From positions 1 to 39,086 of the forward strand of contig JBCBUK010000023.1 of NCBI GenBank assembly GCA_039818205.1: a stretch of 39,086 nt of DNA. Reading direction: 5' to 3'. This DNA is from Verrucomicrobiota bacterium. Lineage in GTDB: Bacteria > Verrucomicrobiota > Verrucomicrobiia > Opitutales > Cerasicoccaceae. Each line of letters opens with the position of its first letter. Positions within the stretch are counted from its first letter, which is position 1. Under the pieces are notes generated by a model. It ran no database searches. It was not told where the DNA came from and saw nothing but the letters and a program-made list of their open reading frames with translations. Made by a program: the position numbers and the translations under genes. Of the stretch, positions 26,687 through 36,104 are shown in pieces.

Positions 26687-27679
26687 ATGCTACGTATACG
26701 CCTAATCACCCTACTGTTATTACTCGTGGCACCCATGCTCCAGGCACAAACGCCCGAAGCAACCGAACTGGAGCCAATTCCGAAACAGGACATCGGTTAC
26801 ATTGATGCACTCGTGCTCGGCCTGGTCGAAGGCATTACCGAATACCTACCAATTTCCTCAACCGGTCACCTGATTTTAACAAACCGTTTGCTCGGTCTCG
26901 ACGCGGCAACGCCACTGGTCGATAAGGAAACTGGCATGTCCCTGCTCGACGACGAGGGAAATCCGGTGACACTCGAGGACGTAGCCAACGCCTACGCAAT
27001 TATTATTCAAGCGGGCGCAATTGCTGCCGTTGTCCTCCTCTACTGGCGCCGCCTGCTCGACATGGCCTTTGGCCTCCTCGGAAAAAGCCCGACTGGCTTC
27101 AAGCTCGCTCGGAATTTGATCGCTGCATTTCTGCCGGCCGCGGTCCTTGGGCTACTCCTGGATGACCTAATCGAAAGCTATTTGTTCAACCCGACCTCGG
27201 TAGCCATTGCCTTGATCGCAGGCGCCGGACTGATGCTTGGCGTCGAAGCCTGGCGGAAAAAGCAACCGCCCAAGGACGAAGCGAACACCAAGGATCTCCA
27301 CCAAATTTCGATCCCTCAAGCCGTCGTCGTCGGTTTCCTGCAGTGCGTCGCGATGTGGCCCGGAACCAGCCGGTCTATGATGACGATCGTGGGCGGCTAT
27401 GTCATTGGTTTAACTCCGAAACGAGCTGCAGAATTCAGCTTCCTCCTTGGCCTCATCACGCTAACAGCGGCATCAGGCTATAAAGCGGTAACCCTTGGGC
27501 CGACCATGCTCAAAGCGCTTGCGCCGGGGCCCGCCCTGTTCGGGATTGTCGTCGCCTGGATTTCGGCTGCGCTGGCAGTCAAATGGCTGGTCGCCTATCT
27601 ATCGAAACACGGGCTTGCATTATTTGCGTGGTATCGCCTTGTCCTAGCGGTCCTCGTCTTCGCATTCCTTGTTTTCTAG
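26687..27679 (+). CDS. uppP: Undecaprenyl-diphosphate phosphatase (BacA)
   Basis: LGLVEGITEYLPISSTGHL, IQAGAI, PGTSRS, AAEFSFLL and FAWYR. Confidence 0.93.
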   Translation: MLRIRLITLLLLLVAPMLQAQTPEATELEPIPKQDIGYIDALVLGLVEGITEYLPISSTGHLILTNRLLGLDAATPLVDKETGMSLLDDEGNPVTLEDVANAYAIIIQAGAIAAVVLLYWRRLLDMAFGLLGKSPTGFKLARNLIAAFLPAAVLGLLLDDLIESYLFNPTSVAIALIAGAGLMLGVEAWRKKQPPKDEANTKDLHQISIPQAVVVGFLQCVAMWPGTSRSMMTIVGGYVIGLTPKRAAEFSFLLGLITLTAASGYKAVTLGPTMLKALAPGPALFGIVVAWISAALAVKWLVAYLSKHGLALFAWYRLVLAVLVFAFLVF

Positions 27680-27692
27680 TCGCTCAAGGATA

Positions 27693-28625
27693 ATGCTTAT
27701 TCGCTTCTTCCTTCCGCTGGCAATTGTCGTATCGGCTTTGGCGCTTTGGCAGCCTGGCCTTTTCACCTGGGCGAAACCCGGTATTCCCGCTTTGCTTGGA
27801 ATTATCATGTTTGGGATGGGAGTGACGCTCACCACCCAAGATTTCCATCAGGTTTGGAACCATAAGCGCCTGGTTGCGATTGGGGCTTTCGCCCAGTTTA
27901 CCTTGATGCCAATATTGGCCTGGGCAATTAGCAAACTCCTCCAACTGCCAGTTGAGGCAATGATCGGGATGATTCTCGTCGGTGCCTGCCCGGGAGGAAC
28001 CGCCTCCAACGTGGTCACTTACCTGGCACGGGGCAACGTCGCGCTTTCGGTGTCTCTGACTACGGTTTCGACCCTCCTGGCGCCACTACTGACCCCGCTT
28101 TGGGTCAAACTGCTAGCGGGAGCAGTCATCGACGTACCAACCGGCAAGATGTTTCTCAGCGTCGCCCAGATTGTGCTGGCTCCAGTGATTGTTGGGCTCG
28201 TGGTTCGCCAGCTGCTCGGGGATCGATTGAAGCCCATGCTCAAGGCGTTTCCGGCGGTCGCGATGGCGGTAATCATTTTCATTATCGCGATCGTAATCGG
28301 CCTCAACCGCCCTAACATCTTGGCATTCCCGGCGTTGATTATGATCGCGATTGTCCTGCACAATATACTTGGGCTAGCGTCCGGCTACGCATGTGGATGG
28401 CTATTCCGGGCCGATATCGCCGACCGGCGAACCTTGGCGATCGAAGTCGGCATGCAAAATTCTGGCCTAGCGGTCGCGCTTGCCAGCCAGTTTTTCGGCA
28501 GTCTTGCGGCCCTCCCCGGTGCTTTGTTTAGCCTTTGGCACAACGTCTCGGGCGTCTCGCTGGCCACCTATTGGGCCGAACGCACCCCGACCTCAAAATC
28601 GACTAAGGAAACCGCGAAGTCCTGA
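27693..28625 (+). CDS. Bile acid:sodium symporter (BASS) family transporter
   Basis: MFGMGVTL, QFTLMP, CPGGTASNV, EVGMQNSGLA and FSLWHN. AAGGA RBS precedes the ATG at 27693. Confidence 0.9.
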   Translation: MLIRFFLPLAIVVSALALWQPGLFTWAKPGIPALLGIIMFGMGVTLTTQDFHQVWNHKRLVAIGAFAQFTLMPILAWAISKLLQLPVEAMIGMILVGACPGGTASNVVTYLARGNVALSVSLTTVSTLLAPLLTPLWVKLLAGAVIDVPTGKMFLSVAQIVLAPVIVGLVVRQLLGDRLKPMLKAFPAVAMAVIIFIIAIVIGLNRPNILAFPALIMIAIVLHNILGLASGYACGWLFRADIADRRTLAIEVGMQNSGLAVALASQFFGSLAALPGALFSLWHNVSGVSLATYWAERTPTSKSTKETAKS

Positions 28626-28632
28626 ACAAAAC

Positions 28633-29874
28633 CTAGAATGGAGCGGGAGCCGAACGAATTCCATCAACCGACTTGCAGGCATGGATCGCAAATGAATCCG
28701 CATAATCTGGATGGCACACTGGATAGGTGGCGTTGACGACCTCCTTGAGCTGGCTGAAGGCGTCTGTGCGAACAATGGCACCGCTGGCACCCTTGTCCCC
28801 GCCGCCCAACATCCGCTCGCCGTAGACGCCCTCAACGGTGCGCGCGAGGTTGCACATCGTTTCCAGCTCACGGCCGCTGATCTCGTAGTCGTCGCGCAGG
28901 CCAATACCATCGGCCCGGAAGATGGCTCCCACTTGGGCAATGTCTCCTTCGCGCCAGGCGTTAAGCATTTCGCCGAAACGCTGATTAGCCTCAAACAAAT
29001 ACTTTAAGCGGCCTTGCAGGTGTTCAAAGTCCTCTTGCAGATGCTCGACTGCCGCCGCAAATTCCGATTTCGAACGAATCCGCGCGATGCTTTCGTGCCC
29101 AAACTCGCGTTCCAAAATCTTAGTCAATTCGCGACACTCATCCCGGCGAATTCGATAGGTGGATTTTTCAAGTCCTGGCCGCTTCGTGCCCGTGTCCAGA
29201 CTGACTATGCGGAAATCCTCGGCATCTCCGCCAAAGGGAATGTGTTCAATGGTGTTTGTTTTTGGATTGTAGTGAGCCCCCATTCCCTCGCGGGCGAAGT
29301 AGATCATCAGCTGATCCAATTTACCGCAAGGCGATCCAATATATTGATTCTCAACCATTTGCGCCAAGTCAACAATCTGCATCCCATCGTCAATACTGAC
29401 GTCGTTGACCTCCAACAGGGTCAAAAGCAAATTCAGGCAAAGTGAAGCGGAACGGGACATGCCGCCGCCTGGGATGTTTCCATAGACGACCGCGTCAAAA
29501 CCCTGATTAATCGGGTATCCATTCTTTCGCAGGATGTAGGCAGCTCCCATTGGAAAGCGAGCCCAGCTGTCCTTGTGCGTACCTGCCGGAGCCTCTTCGC
29601 CGAGTGCAAAATCCACGAGACCATCACCCGGGAAATTTTCACTGAATATCCGAACCCGGCCAGTGGTATTGGGCTTATAAGCCATCCAGATAAAGCGATT
29701 GGTGCCCACACCAAACAATTCCATTCCATTGTAGTCGCCATGCTCAACACCAAGGCAAAAACGAGAGGAACTGCGGCGTACCGTACCGCCGGATATATCT
29801 AAGCCCACGCTCTTAGCAGCCGTAATCAGGCGCTGAGCAATTTCTTCATTCATAAGTTCTACAGTTTGGCTCAT
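28633..29874 (-). CDS. GHMP-family sugar kinase, galactokinase-like but divergent
   Basis: RFCLGVEHGDYNG, IPGGGMSRSAS, PCGKLDQ, LRDDYEIS..EL and RMLGGG. Start uncertain (29880, 29874 or 29853). Confidence 0.8.
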   Translation of the reverse strand: MSQTVELMNEEIAQRLITAAKSVGLDISGGTVRRSSSRFCLGVEHGDYNGMELFGVGTNRFIWMAYKPNTTGRVRIFSENFPGDGLVDFALGEEAPAGTHKDSWARFPMGAAYILRKNGYPINQGFDAVVYGNIPGGGMSRSASLCLNLLLTLLEVNDVSIDDGMQIVDLAQMVENQYIGSPCGKLDQLMIYFAREGMGAHYNPKTNTIEHIPFGGDAEDFRIVSLDTGTKRPGLEKSTYRIRRDECRELTKILEREFGHESIARIRSKSEFAAAVEHLQEDFEHLQGRLKYLFEANQRFGEMLNAWREGDIAQVGAIFRADGIGLRDDYEISGRELETMCNLARTVEGVYGERMLGGGDKGASGAIVRTDAFSQLKEVVNATYPVCHPDYADSFAIHACKSVDGIRSAPAPF

Positions 29875-30107
29875 CTTCAATCGTTCTCTAGGTTATTCTA
29901 GCCCAGTAGCTATAGCGTGGATTGATATATTGTTATCTTTAGTCAGTTACACAGAATATTCCTTATATATCGTCTGGCGTATGAAAGAACAGTTACCGAA
30001 CGCGTTCGGACCATATGATACATATCAGAGACTAGTTTACAATTATCGATTTGACATTTTAAGAGATGTTTAAATCTTTTTTTTAAGATTTTGGGTCATT
30101 CGTTCTC

Positions 30108-31256
30108 GTGAAAAATATAGCAATAATCGTGGAGACTTCGCTCGCCTCCGGGCGGCAGATCTTGATGGGAATCTCACAATATTTATCAGAACGGGACGAC
30201 TGGTCAGTCTCCCACCACACCGGTATCCTGGGCGCAATGGATCTGGCTGCGATCCAGCATTGGACGGGGGATGGCATCATTGCGCGCATTGCCAATCCCG
30301 AGATTGAGGCGATCATTCGCTCAAAGGGAGTGCCAATAATTGACGTCCTAGGAAACGTCGCGCCGCAAGAGGTCCCGCTCGTCAAATGCGACGATCGACT
30401 GATCGGAAATCAGGTGGCAAATCACTTGATGGAACAGGGACATCGGAAATTTGCGTTTCTCGGCATCGAGCACCAATCGTGGTCCCAGGAGCGCGAATCA
30501 GGATTTGCTGATTCCGTCGCTAAGCACACAGGTGAAGTCTACACCCACTACGTGCAACTTGAGGACCACGATGCCCCGAACTACCTCAGCGACGAAGAGT
30601 CGATCATCAGATGGATTCGCACCCTGCCCCTGCCAATTGGGCTAATGGTTGCGAGTGATCAGCTAGCGCCGATCGTCTTCGAGGCTTGCCGCATGCTCAA
30701 CTGCTCGATCCCGGAAAGCGTCTCAGTGGTCGGTGTCGACAACGACCGCCCGTTTTGCAATTTATGCCGCCCACAACTCACCAGTATCGAACCGAACCAC
30801 TCAGGAGTTGGGTACTTAGCGGCGGAGCTGCTCAATCGGCTGGTCTCGGGTGACTCTGTCGAAAACCGGACCTACATGGTCAATCCACGACGCATCCATG
30901 TGCGGCGCTCCAGCGACACCCTCGCCGTTGGTGATCCGGCAATCCGCAAAGCGCTCCATTTCGTTCGGACCCATGCCTGTGCCGGAACCACCGTCGATGA
31001 AGTTGCCGCCCATGCGGGCTTGTCTCGTAGCGTCCTGCAGCGCCGATTCCGGGAGCTGTTAAAGCGTAGCGTCGGAGAATTAATCCTAGCCGAAAAACTC
31101 CGACGTGCCCGCGAACTTTTATCTGACACCAAACTCTCAATCAGTGACATTGCGGATAAGAGCGGCCTCAACTGCCAGGAGTATCTTAACCACATTTTCC
31201 GCAAGCACCTGAACACCACTCCCCGCCGATATCGCCTGCAACACCAGCAACCCTAA
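30108..31256 (+). CDS. XylR-type regulator (periplasmic-binding-protein-like sensor + AraC HTH)
   Basis: DGIIARI, IPESVSVVGVDND..C....PQLTSI, RRSSD, VDEVAAHAGLSRSVLQRRF and FRKHLNTTPRRYR. Confidence 0.9.
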   Translation: MKNIAIIVETSLASGRQILMGISQYLSERDDWSVSHHTGILGAMDLAAIQHWTGDGIIARIANPEIEAIIRSKGVPIIDVLGNVAPQEVPLVKCDDRLIGNQVANHLMEQGHRKFAFLGIEHQSWSQERESGFADSVAKHTGEVYTHYVQLEDHDAPNYLSDEESIIRWIRTLPLPIGLMVASDQLAPIVFEACRMLNCSIPESVSVVGVDNDRPFCNLCRPQLTSIEPNHSGVGYLAAELLNRLVSGDSVENRTYMVNPRRIHVRRSSDTLAVGDPAIRKALHFVRTHACAGTTVDEVAAHAGLSRSVLQRRFRELLKRSVGELILAEKLRRARELLSDTKLSISDIADKSGLNCQEYLNHIFRKHLNTTPRRYRLQHQQP

Positions 31257-31295
31257 GGGCTTCACGGAACGAGATCTTGAGTTGCTTTTGCGGCG

Positions 31296-32657
31296 CTAAA
31301 CGGTCTTTGAATACTGCTGACCGCTCGATTTGAGATAGGCATCAAAACGCATCGCGATGTTCCGAATAAAGAGGCGTCCCATACCGGTTACCACCATCTT
31401 GTGATCGCCAACCGAGACGAGGCCATCACTTTCCAGATCGCCAAATCCAGCGAGTTCCGCGGCAAAGTGCTCCTTAAAACTAAGGCCTAGTCGTTCGCTC
31501 ATCACGTCGTAATCGAGCTCGAGATCGCACATCAGGCGCATGATGGTTTCACGACGAATCTGATCCTCTTGGCCAAGCACAAAGCCACGTTCGATCGGAA
31601 ACTGCCCGGCCTCCACCAAGCTTCGGTAGGATACCAAGTCCTTCACGTTCTGCCGATAGGCATTGGACGATTGGGATATCGAGGAAATACCAAACGCACA
31701 AATCTCGGTATCCGCCCAGGTGCTGTAGCCTTGAAAATTTCGCTGAAGTGTCTTGCTGCGTTGGGCGACGGTGAGTTCGTCGTCCGGTCGGGCGAAATGG
31801 TCTAGGCCAATCATCGTGTAACCTGCGTTGGTCAAGGTTTCGATGATAAGTTTGAGGAGCTGCAACTTAGTGTCCGCATCGGGCAACGCATGCCGCTCAA
31901 GAATCTTCTGCGCGGGACGAATCCACGGGACATGGGCGTAGCTGAACACCGCAAAACGATCGGGCTCAAGTGCCAACACCTCCGCCAATGTGTCGGCGAA
32001 GGTTTCCGGCGTTTGGCGCGGCAAACCATAGATCAAGTCAAGATTGACCGAACGAAACCCAGCCTTGCGAAGCCAACGCATCGCTTGAGAATTGTCCTCT
32101 GAGGGTTGGACTCGGTGAATCGCCTGCTGCACCTCCGGATTGCAATCCTGGACGCCAAATGAACCACGTGTCACACCCATTTCAGCGAACGCCGCGACCT
32201 GTTCTTCGTGTAGCCGCCGTGGGTCAAGTTCGACACTGCACTCGGCGTTCGGGAGAAAACGGAAATGCCCGTGGATGATCTTTCCGAGGCGTCGAATCTG
32301 GTCCGCCGTCAGAAAGTTCGGCGTGCCGCCTCCGAAATGCAATTGAGCCACCTGCCGGCCAGGCTGCATGATCGCGGCCATCTGGGCGACTTCTCGCTCG
32401 ATCAGGTCGATATAAGCATCCGCCGCGGCGTGGTCGGTTGTGGTCACTGTATTACAACCGCAGAACCAGCACAGCGTCTCGCAGAATGGCAAATGAAAAT
32501 ACAGTGAAAGCGGCCCAGTCTCCTCTCGCGTGCTCACCAACAAGGATTCCGAATCGATCTCAGCGGCAAAATGGTTGGCCGGCGGATACGAGGTATAGCG
32601 GGGTCCAGGTTGGTTATACTTCTGGATCAGCGCTAGGTCTTGTTCAGAAAGCTGCAT
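31296..32657 (-). CDS. hemN: Oxygen-independent coproporphyrinogen III oxidase
   Basis: GPRYTSYP, HLPFCETLCWFCGC radical-SAM motif, GGGTP, IGLDHF and LQRNFQGY. Confidence 0.95.
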   Translation of the reverse strand: MQLSEQDLALIQKYNQPGPRYTSYPPANHFAAEIDSESLLVSTREETGPLSLYFHLPFCETLCWFCGCNTVTTTDHAAADAYIDLIEREVAQMAAIMQPGRQVAQLHFGGGTPNFLTADQIRRLGKIIHGHFRFLPNAECSVELDPRRLHEEQVAAFAEMGVTRGSFGVQDCNPEVQQAIHRVQPSEDNSQAMRWLRKAGFRSVNLDLIYGLPRQTPETFADTLAEVLALEPDRFAVFSYAHVPWIRPAQKILERHALPDADTKLQLLKLIIETLTNAGYTMIGLDHFARPDDELTVAQRSKTLQRNFQGYSTWADTEICAFGISSISQSSNAYRQNVKDLVSYRSLVEAGQFPIERGFVLGQEDQIRRETIMRLMCDLELDYDVMSERLGLSFKEHFAAELAGFGDLESDGLVSVGDHKMVVTGMGRLFIRNIAMRFDAYLKSSGQQYSKTV

Positions 32658-32669
32658 GAGACCGGATGC

Positions 32670-33278
32670 TTAGCCCTTGTTCTTAGAAAATCGATTCTCG
32701 GTTCCAGACAAAAGGCGTTGGATATTGCTCTTGTGCTTATACGCAATAAGGACCGCCAAAAGCGCCAGAAAGCTGGTCAATACAGTTGGTGAGCCCGCCA
32801 TTAGCGCCAACAAGGGCAAGCTGATACCAAAGACAATCGATGCCAGCGAAACGTATCGGGAGGTGTAAAAAGTCGCCACCCACACCAGTAGGCCGCCAAG
32901 CAATACAAACGGCGCAAGTGCCAGCAATCCGCCCATGGTAACCGCAACGCCTTTGCCACCTTTAAAACCGATAAAGATCGAGTAACTATGACCCAAGATT
33001 GCGCCGACCAGGCCCAGTATTGCGATTGATAGAGCGGCGTCGCCGTCCAGCAGCAACTTCGGAATGAGCGTCGCCACGAAGCCCTTTAGCAGGTCCAACA
33101 CAAAGCAAAGATTACCGGCGGTCTTACCGAGAACTCGCTTTACGTTCGTCGCCCCGGGGTTGCCGCTCCCTTCCTTGAGGATGTCGACACCGTGGCGTTT
33201 CGCGATGATCACCGCAAAGGGTATCGCTCCAAGAACGTATCCGAGCAAGAGGGCTCCGATGCAATTAAAGAGTTGCAT
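32670..33278 (-). CDS. plsY: Glycerol-3-phosphate acyltransferase PlsY
   Basis: GSGNPGATNVKR, DLLKG, GHSYSIFIGFKGGKGVA and KHKSNIQRLLSGTE. Confidence 0.95.
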   Translation of the reverse strand: MQLFNCIGALLLGYVLGAIPFAVIIAKRHGVDILKEGSGNPGATNVKRVLGKTAGNLCFVLDLLKGFVATLIPKLLLDGDAALSIAILGLVGAILGHSYSIFIGFKGGKGVAVTMGGLLALAPFVLLGGLLVWVATFYTSRYVSLASIVFGISLPLLALMAGSPTVLTSFLALLAVLIAYKHKSNIQRLLSGTENRFSKNKG

Positions 33279-33288
33279 AACTAATTAG

Positions 33289-33346
33289 AAAAAATGCAGC
33301 AGTTGGGCACCTCTGGCAACCCAGAACGGCTTCCCCGCTGCTGCAT
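33289..33346 (-). terminator. Long hairpin plus U-tract between serA and plsY
   Basis: ATGCAGCAG (33294-33302) pairs with CTGCTGCAT (33338-33346), enclosing TCTGG-caac-CCAGA. T-run follows on the minus strand. Confidence 0.55.
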
Positions 33347-33363
33347 CCGTCATACCGAACTAC

Positions 33364-34971
33364 TTATAGTTCAATGATTTTGAATTTCTCGATGAACTCG
33401 TGACCGGAGATTTCCTTTTGAGCCGCATCCGACGGTGCGCTATCGAGCTCAACAACGCTGATCGCGAAGCCTTCACCTTGATCACGCGCGAGCGAGAGAT
33501 TGGCGATGTTCACACCATCCTTGCCCAGAACCGTTCCCAGCAAACCAACCATACCGGGGACATCCTTGTTCTTCACTACCAGCAAGGAACCCGAGGTGTT
33601 TACTTCGACTCGATGGCCATCGATCGAGACGACCCGTGGAATCTGAGTCTTCCCAAAGAGGGTACCCTGGACGGTCCGCGTCTTGCCCGACGTTTCGATG
33701 GTTTGGACCTCGATCAATTCGGTGTAGGCGGCATCTTCGCTGCTCTTGGTAATCTCGACCTGCACGCCCAGTTCGTCCAACTTAGTTGGCGCATTGACGT
33801 CGTTAACGTTCGGCGAAATTTGATCCAAATATCCACGTTGAATCGCACGCGACAGTGGAGTCGCATCGAGTTTGATGATCTTTCCGTAGTAGGTGATCTT
33901 CATTTTCTCAACGCAGTCCTTCGATAGCTGCTGAATGAAGCTGCCGAGCTTCTGGCCCAAATCAAGGTAAGGCTTGAGGGCTTCGAGCGCCTTCGGGTCG
34001 ACCGTCGGCATATTGATCGCGTTGCGAACCATGCTACCATTGAGCGCATCGACCATTTGTTCTGCAATTTCGATGCCGACGCTTTCCTGAGCCTCCACTG
34101 TCGAAGCACCCAAGTGCGGTGTGAGAACAACATTGTCGAAGCTCCGTAACGGGCTATCTGCGGGCAGTGGCTCTTCCTCGAAGACATCCAGACCAGCCGC
34201 GGCGACTTTGCCGCTTTTCAAACCTTCGATCAAAGCGGCTTCCTTGATGATGCCACCGCGGGCACAGTTAAATAGGCGAACGCCGTCTTTCATCTTCGCG
34301 ATGGCGTCTTCATCGACCATGTATTTGGTCTCGGTCGTCAGCGGCATGTGGACCGTGATGTAATCGCTTTTGGCGAAAAGTGTGTCCAAGTCGACCTTCT
34401 CAAGGCCTAGCGTTTCGGCCCGACTTTCAGTCAAATAGGGATCGTAGGCGACTACGTCCATGCCGAACGCTTGAGCACGCTTGGCAACTTCAGCCCCGAT
34501 GCGACCCAAACCGCAAACACCGAGAGTTTTTTGATAAAGCTCAGAACCCTTAGGCAGCGTTTTCCGTGGAAAACCACCCTCTTTCATCTCCTTGTCGGCA
34601 CGTGCAATCGGGCGACTGCCGCAAAGCAAATGAGTAAAGGTAAGCTCGCAGGTCGCAACTGTGTTGCCACCCGGGGTGTTCATAACGATGACCCCGCGCT
34701 GAGTGGCAGCTGGGATGTCGACATTGTCGACACCAACACCGGCCCGGCCCACAACCTTCAAATTAGGTGCAGCTGCCAGGATTTCTTCGGAAACCTTGGT
34801 TTCGGAGCGAACCGCGATGCCATCGACGTCCGCTACAAGTTGCTTTACTTGCTCGGGTGAAGCGGACCAGTCGGCAATAGCTTCCCAGGCAACCACGACT
34901 TCATAGCCGGGTTGCTGCTTGAAATACTCAATGCCCGTAGGCGAGATCTTGTCAGCGACTAGTATTTTCAT
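33364..34971 (-). CDS. serA: D-3-phosphoglycerate dehydrogenase (long form with ASB and ACT domains)
   Basis: GRAGVGVDNVD, GLGRIG, NCARGG, LTPHLGAST and C-terminal ACT domain DVPGMVG. Confidence 0.95.
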   Translation of the reverse strand: MKILVADKISPTGIEYFKQQPGYEVVVAWEAIADWSASPEQVKQLVADVDGIAVRSETKVSEEILAAAPNLKVVGRAGVGVDNVDIPAATQRGVIVMNTPGGNTVATCELTFTHLLCGSRPIARADKEMKEGGFPRKTLPKGSELYQKTLGVCGLGRIGAEVAKRAQAFGMDVVAYDPYLTESRAETLGLEKVDLDTLFAKSDYITVHMPLTTETKYMVDEDAIAKMKDGVRLFNCARGGIIKEAALIEGLKSGKVAAAGLDVFEEEPLPADSPLRSFDNVVLTPHLGASTVEAQESVGIEIAEQMVDALNGSMVRNAINMPTVDPKALEALKPYLDLGQKLGSFIQQLSKDCVEKMKITYYGKIIKLDATPLSRAIQRGYLDQISPNVNDVNAPTKLDELGVQVEITKSSEDAAYTELIEVQTIETSGKTRTVQGTLFGKTQIPRVVSIDGHRVEVNTSGSLLVVKNKDVPGMVGLLGTVLGKDGVNIANLSLARDQGEGFAISVVELDSAPSDAAQKEISGHEFIEKFKIIEL

Positions 34972-35077
34972 GATGAGAAGCTAGGGATTGAAAGCGCCCG
35001 CTGATGAAAAGCAACTTCAGAAAGAGCTTTCATTCATACTAAAGCGGCGAAAATTGATATCATTAGAGCAGCTAACC

Positions 35078-35113
35078 AATAAATAAGCCGCCCTGATCTA
35101 CTCAGGACGGCTT
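35078..35113 (-). terminator. Rho-independent terminator of the 35150-35704 gene
   Basis: Minus-strand RNA AAGCCGUCCUGA-guaga-UCAGGGCGGCUU followed by AUUUAUU. The U-G pair forms only on the minus strand. Confidence 0.7.
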
Positions 35114-35149
35114 GGGTGTGCTGCTGGTATTTTACCCTAAAAATGGAAA

Positions 35150-35704
35150 CTAGCGACCAGGAGGTGGGCCCGGACGACGAACTGCGCTGACCCCTCCACT
35201 GACAGGAGCTCCAAAATCGCCGTCGAAGTTTTCGCCATTATCGTCTAGCAAATCCTTTGGTGCATTTGACAGGTCGACGCCCTCTTCCGTGATATCGAGA
35301 TAAACCGCCTGGCGCCCATTTTCGCGCTGGACCATGCGAACCGTGCCGCGCATCGAATTGTGGTCAGGACCATCCCGCCCATCTCGATCGAGATTGGTGC
35401 CATAGCGGCGGATCAATTTGTCGCGATCATCGCCGTCGGCAACTACCAGAATGGCGCCACCACCGGCCCGGGCATCCTCATCGATAGTCATCGCCCAGAA
35501 GAAAGTGTATGGGACATTTTCCGGGGCGTGCCGATGGAATCGGATGAATACGACATCCAGAGAGTGATTTTCGCCTTCGAATTCGGTCGCATAGGCCTTC
35601 ACATGCGCTGCGGTGTTCTCGCCGGAGGCCGCAGCAAACGCCCCCAAAGGAGCGGAAATGAGTAAACTCAGAGTAACAAATTTAATGGAGTCTGCGATTT
35701 TCAT
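35150..35704 (-). CDS. Secreted hypothetical protein
   Basis: ATG at 35704 gives the signal peptide MKIADSIKFVTLSLLISAPLGAFA|A. The upstream extension in the ORF track looks non-coding. Confidence 0.72.
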   Translation of the reverse strand: MKIADSIKFVTLSLLISAPLGAFAAASGENTAAHVKAYATEFEGENHSLDVVFIRFHRHAPENVPYTFFWAMTIDEDARAGGGAILVVADGDDRDKLIRRYGTNLDRDGRDGPDHNSMRGTVRMVQRENGRQAVYLDITEEGVDLSNAPKDLLDDNGENFDGDFGAPVSGGVSAVRRPGPPPGR

Positions 35705-35872
35705 AGTTGTTAAATGGTTCTGAAAAGGAAAACCACCGACGGGGCATAAAGTTGCAGCCTCAGGCGAAAATTTCGCAAAGGCCCTAGTCCCATCGCTGAG
35801 AAATCCAAACACTGATAACGATTTGAGGTTGCCAAGCGAAAATAATTCCACTCTATGAATCGGTTTCGGTTA

Positions 35873-35963
<91 letters not shown>

Positions 35964-36074
35964 AAGTGTCTATTTACTAGGCATTTATGAAATCAAAATT
36001 GGCAAGATTCAAAGAATACAGTTAGCCAATTAATTGGTTAAATCGGTCGATTTTGGCCAAAAATCTTGCCTAAC

Positions 36075-36104
36075 TGATACCAATCGATACCACATTGATA
36101 CCAA
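36075..36104 (+). repeat. Three direct repeats of GATACCA (candidate integrase arm-binding sites)
   Basis: GATACCA at 36076, 36086 and 36097, with 10-11 bp periodicity. Confidence 0.65.

Noticed and set aside
35705..35851. N-terminal extension of the 233-aa ORF
   Set aside because: Overlaps the tRNA upstream region. The internal ATG at 35704 gives a clean signal peptide.
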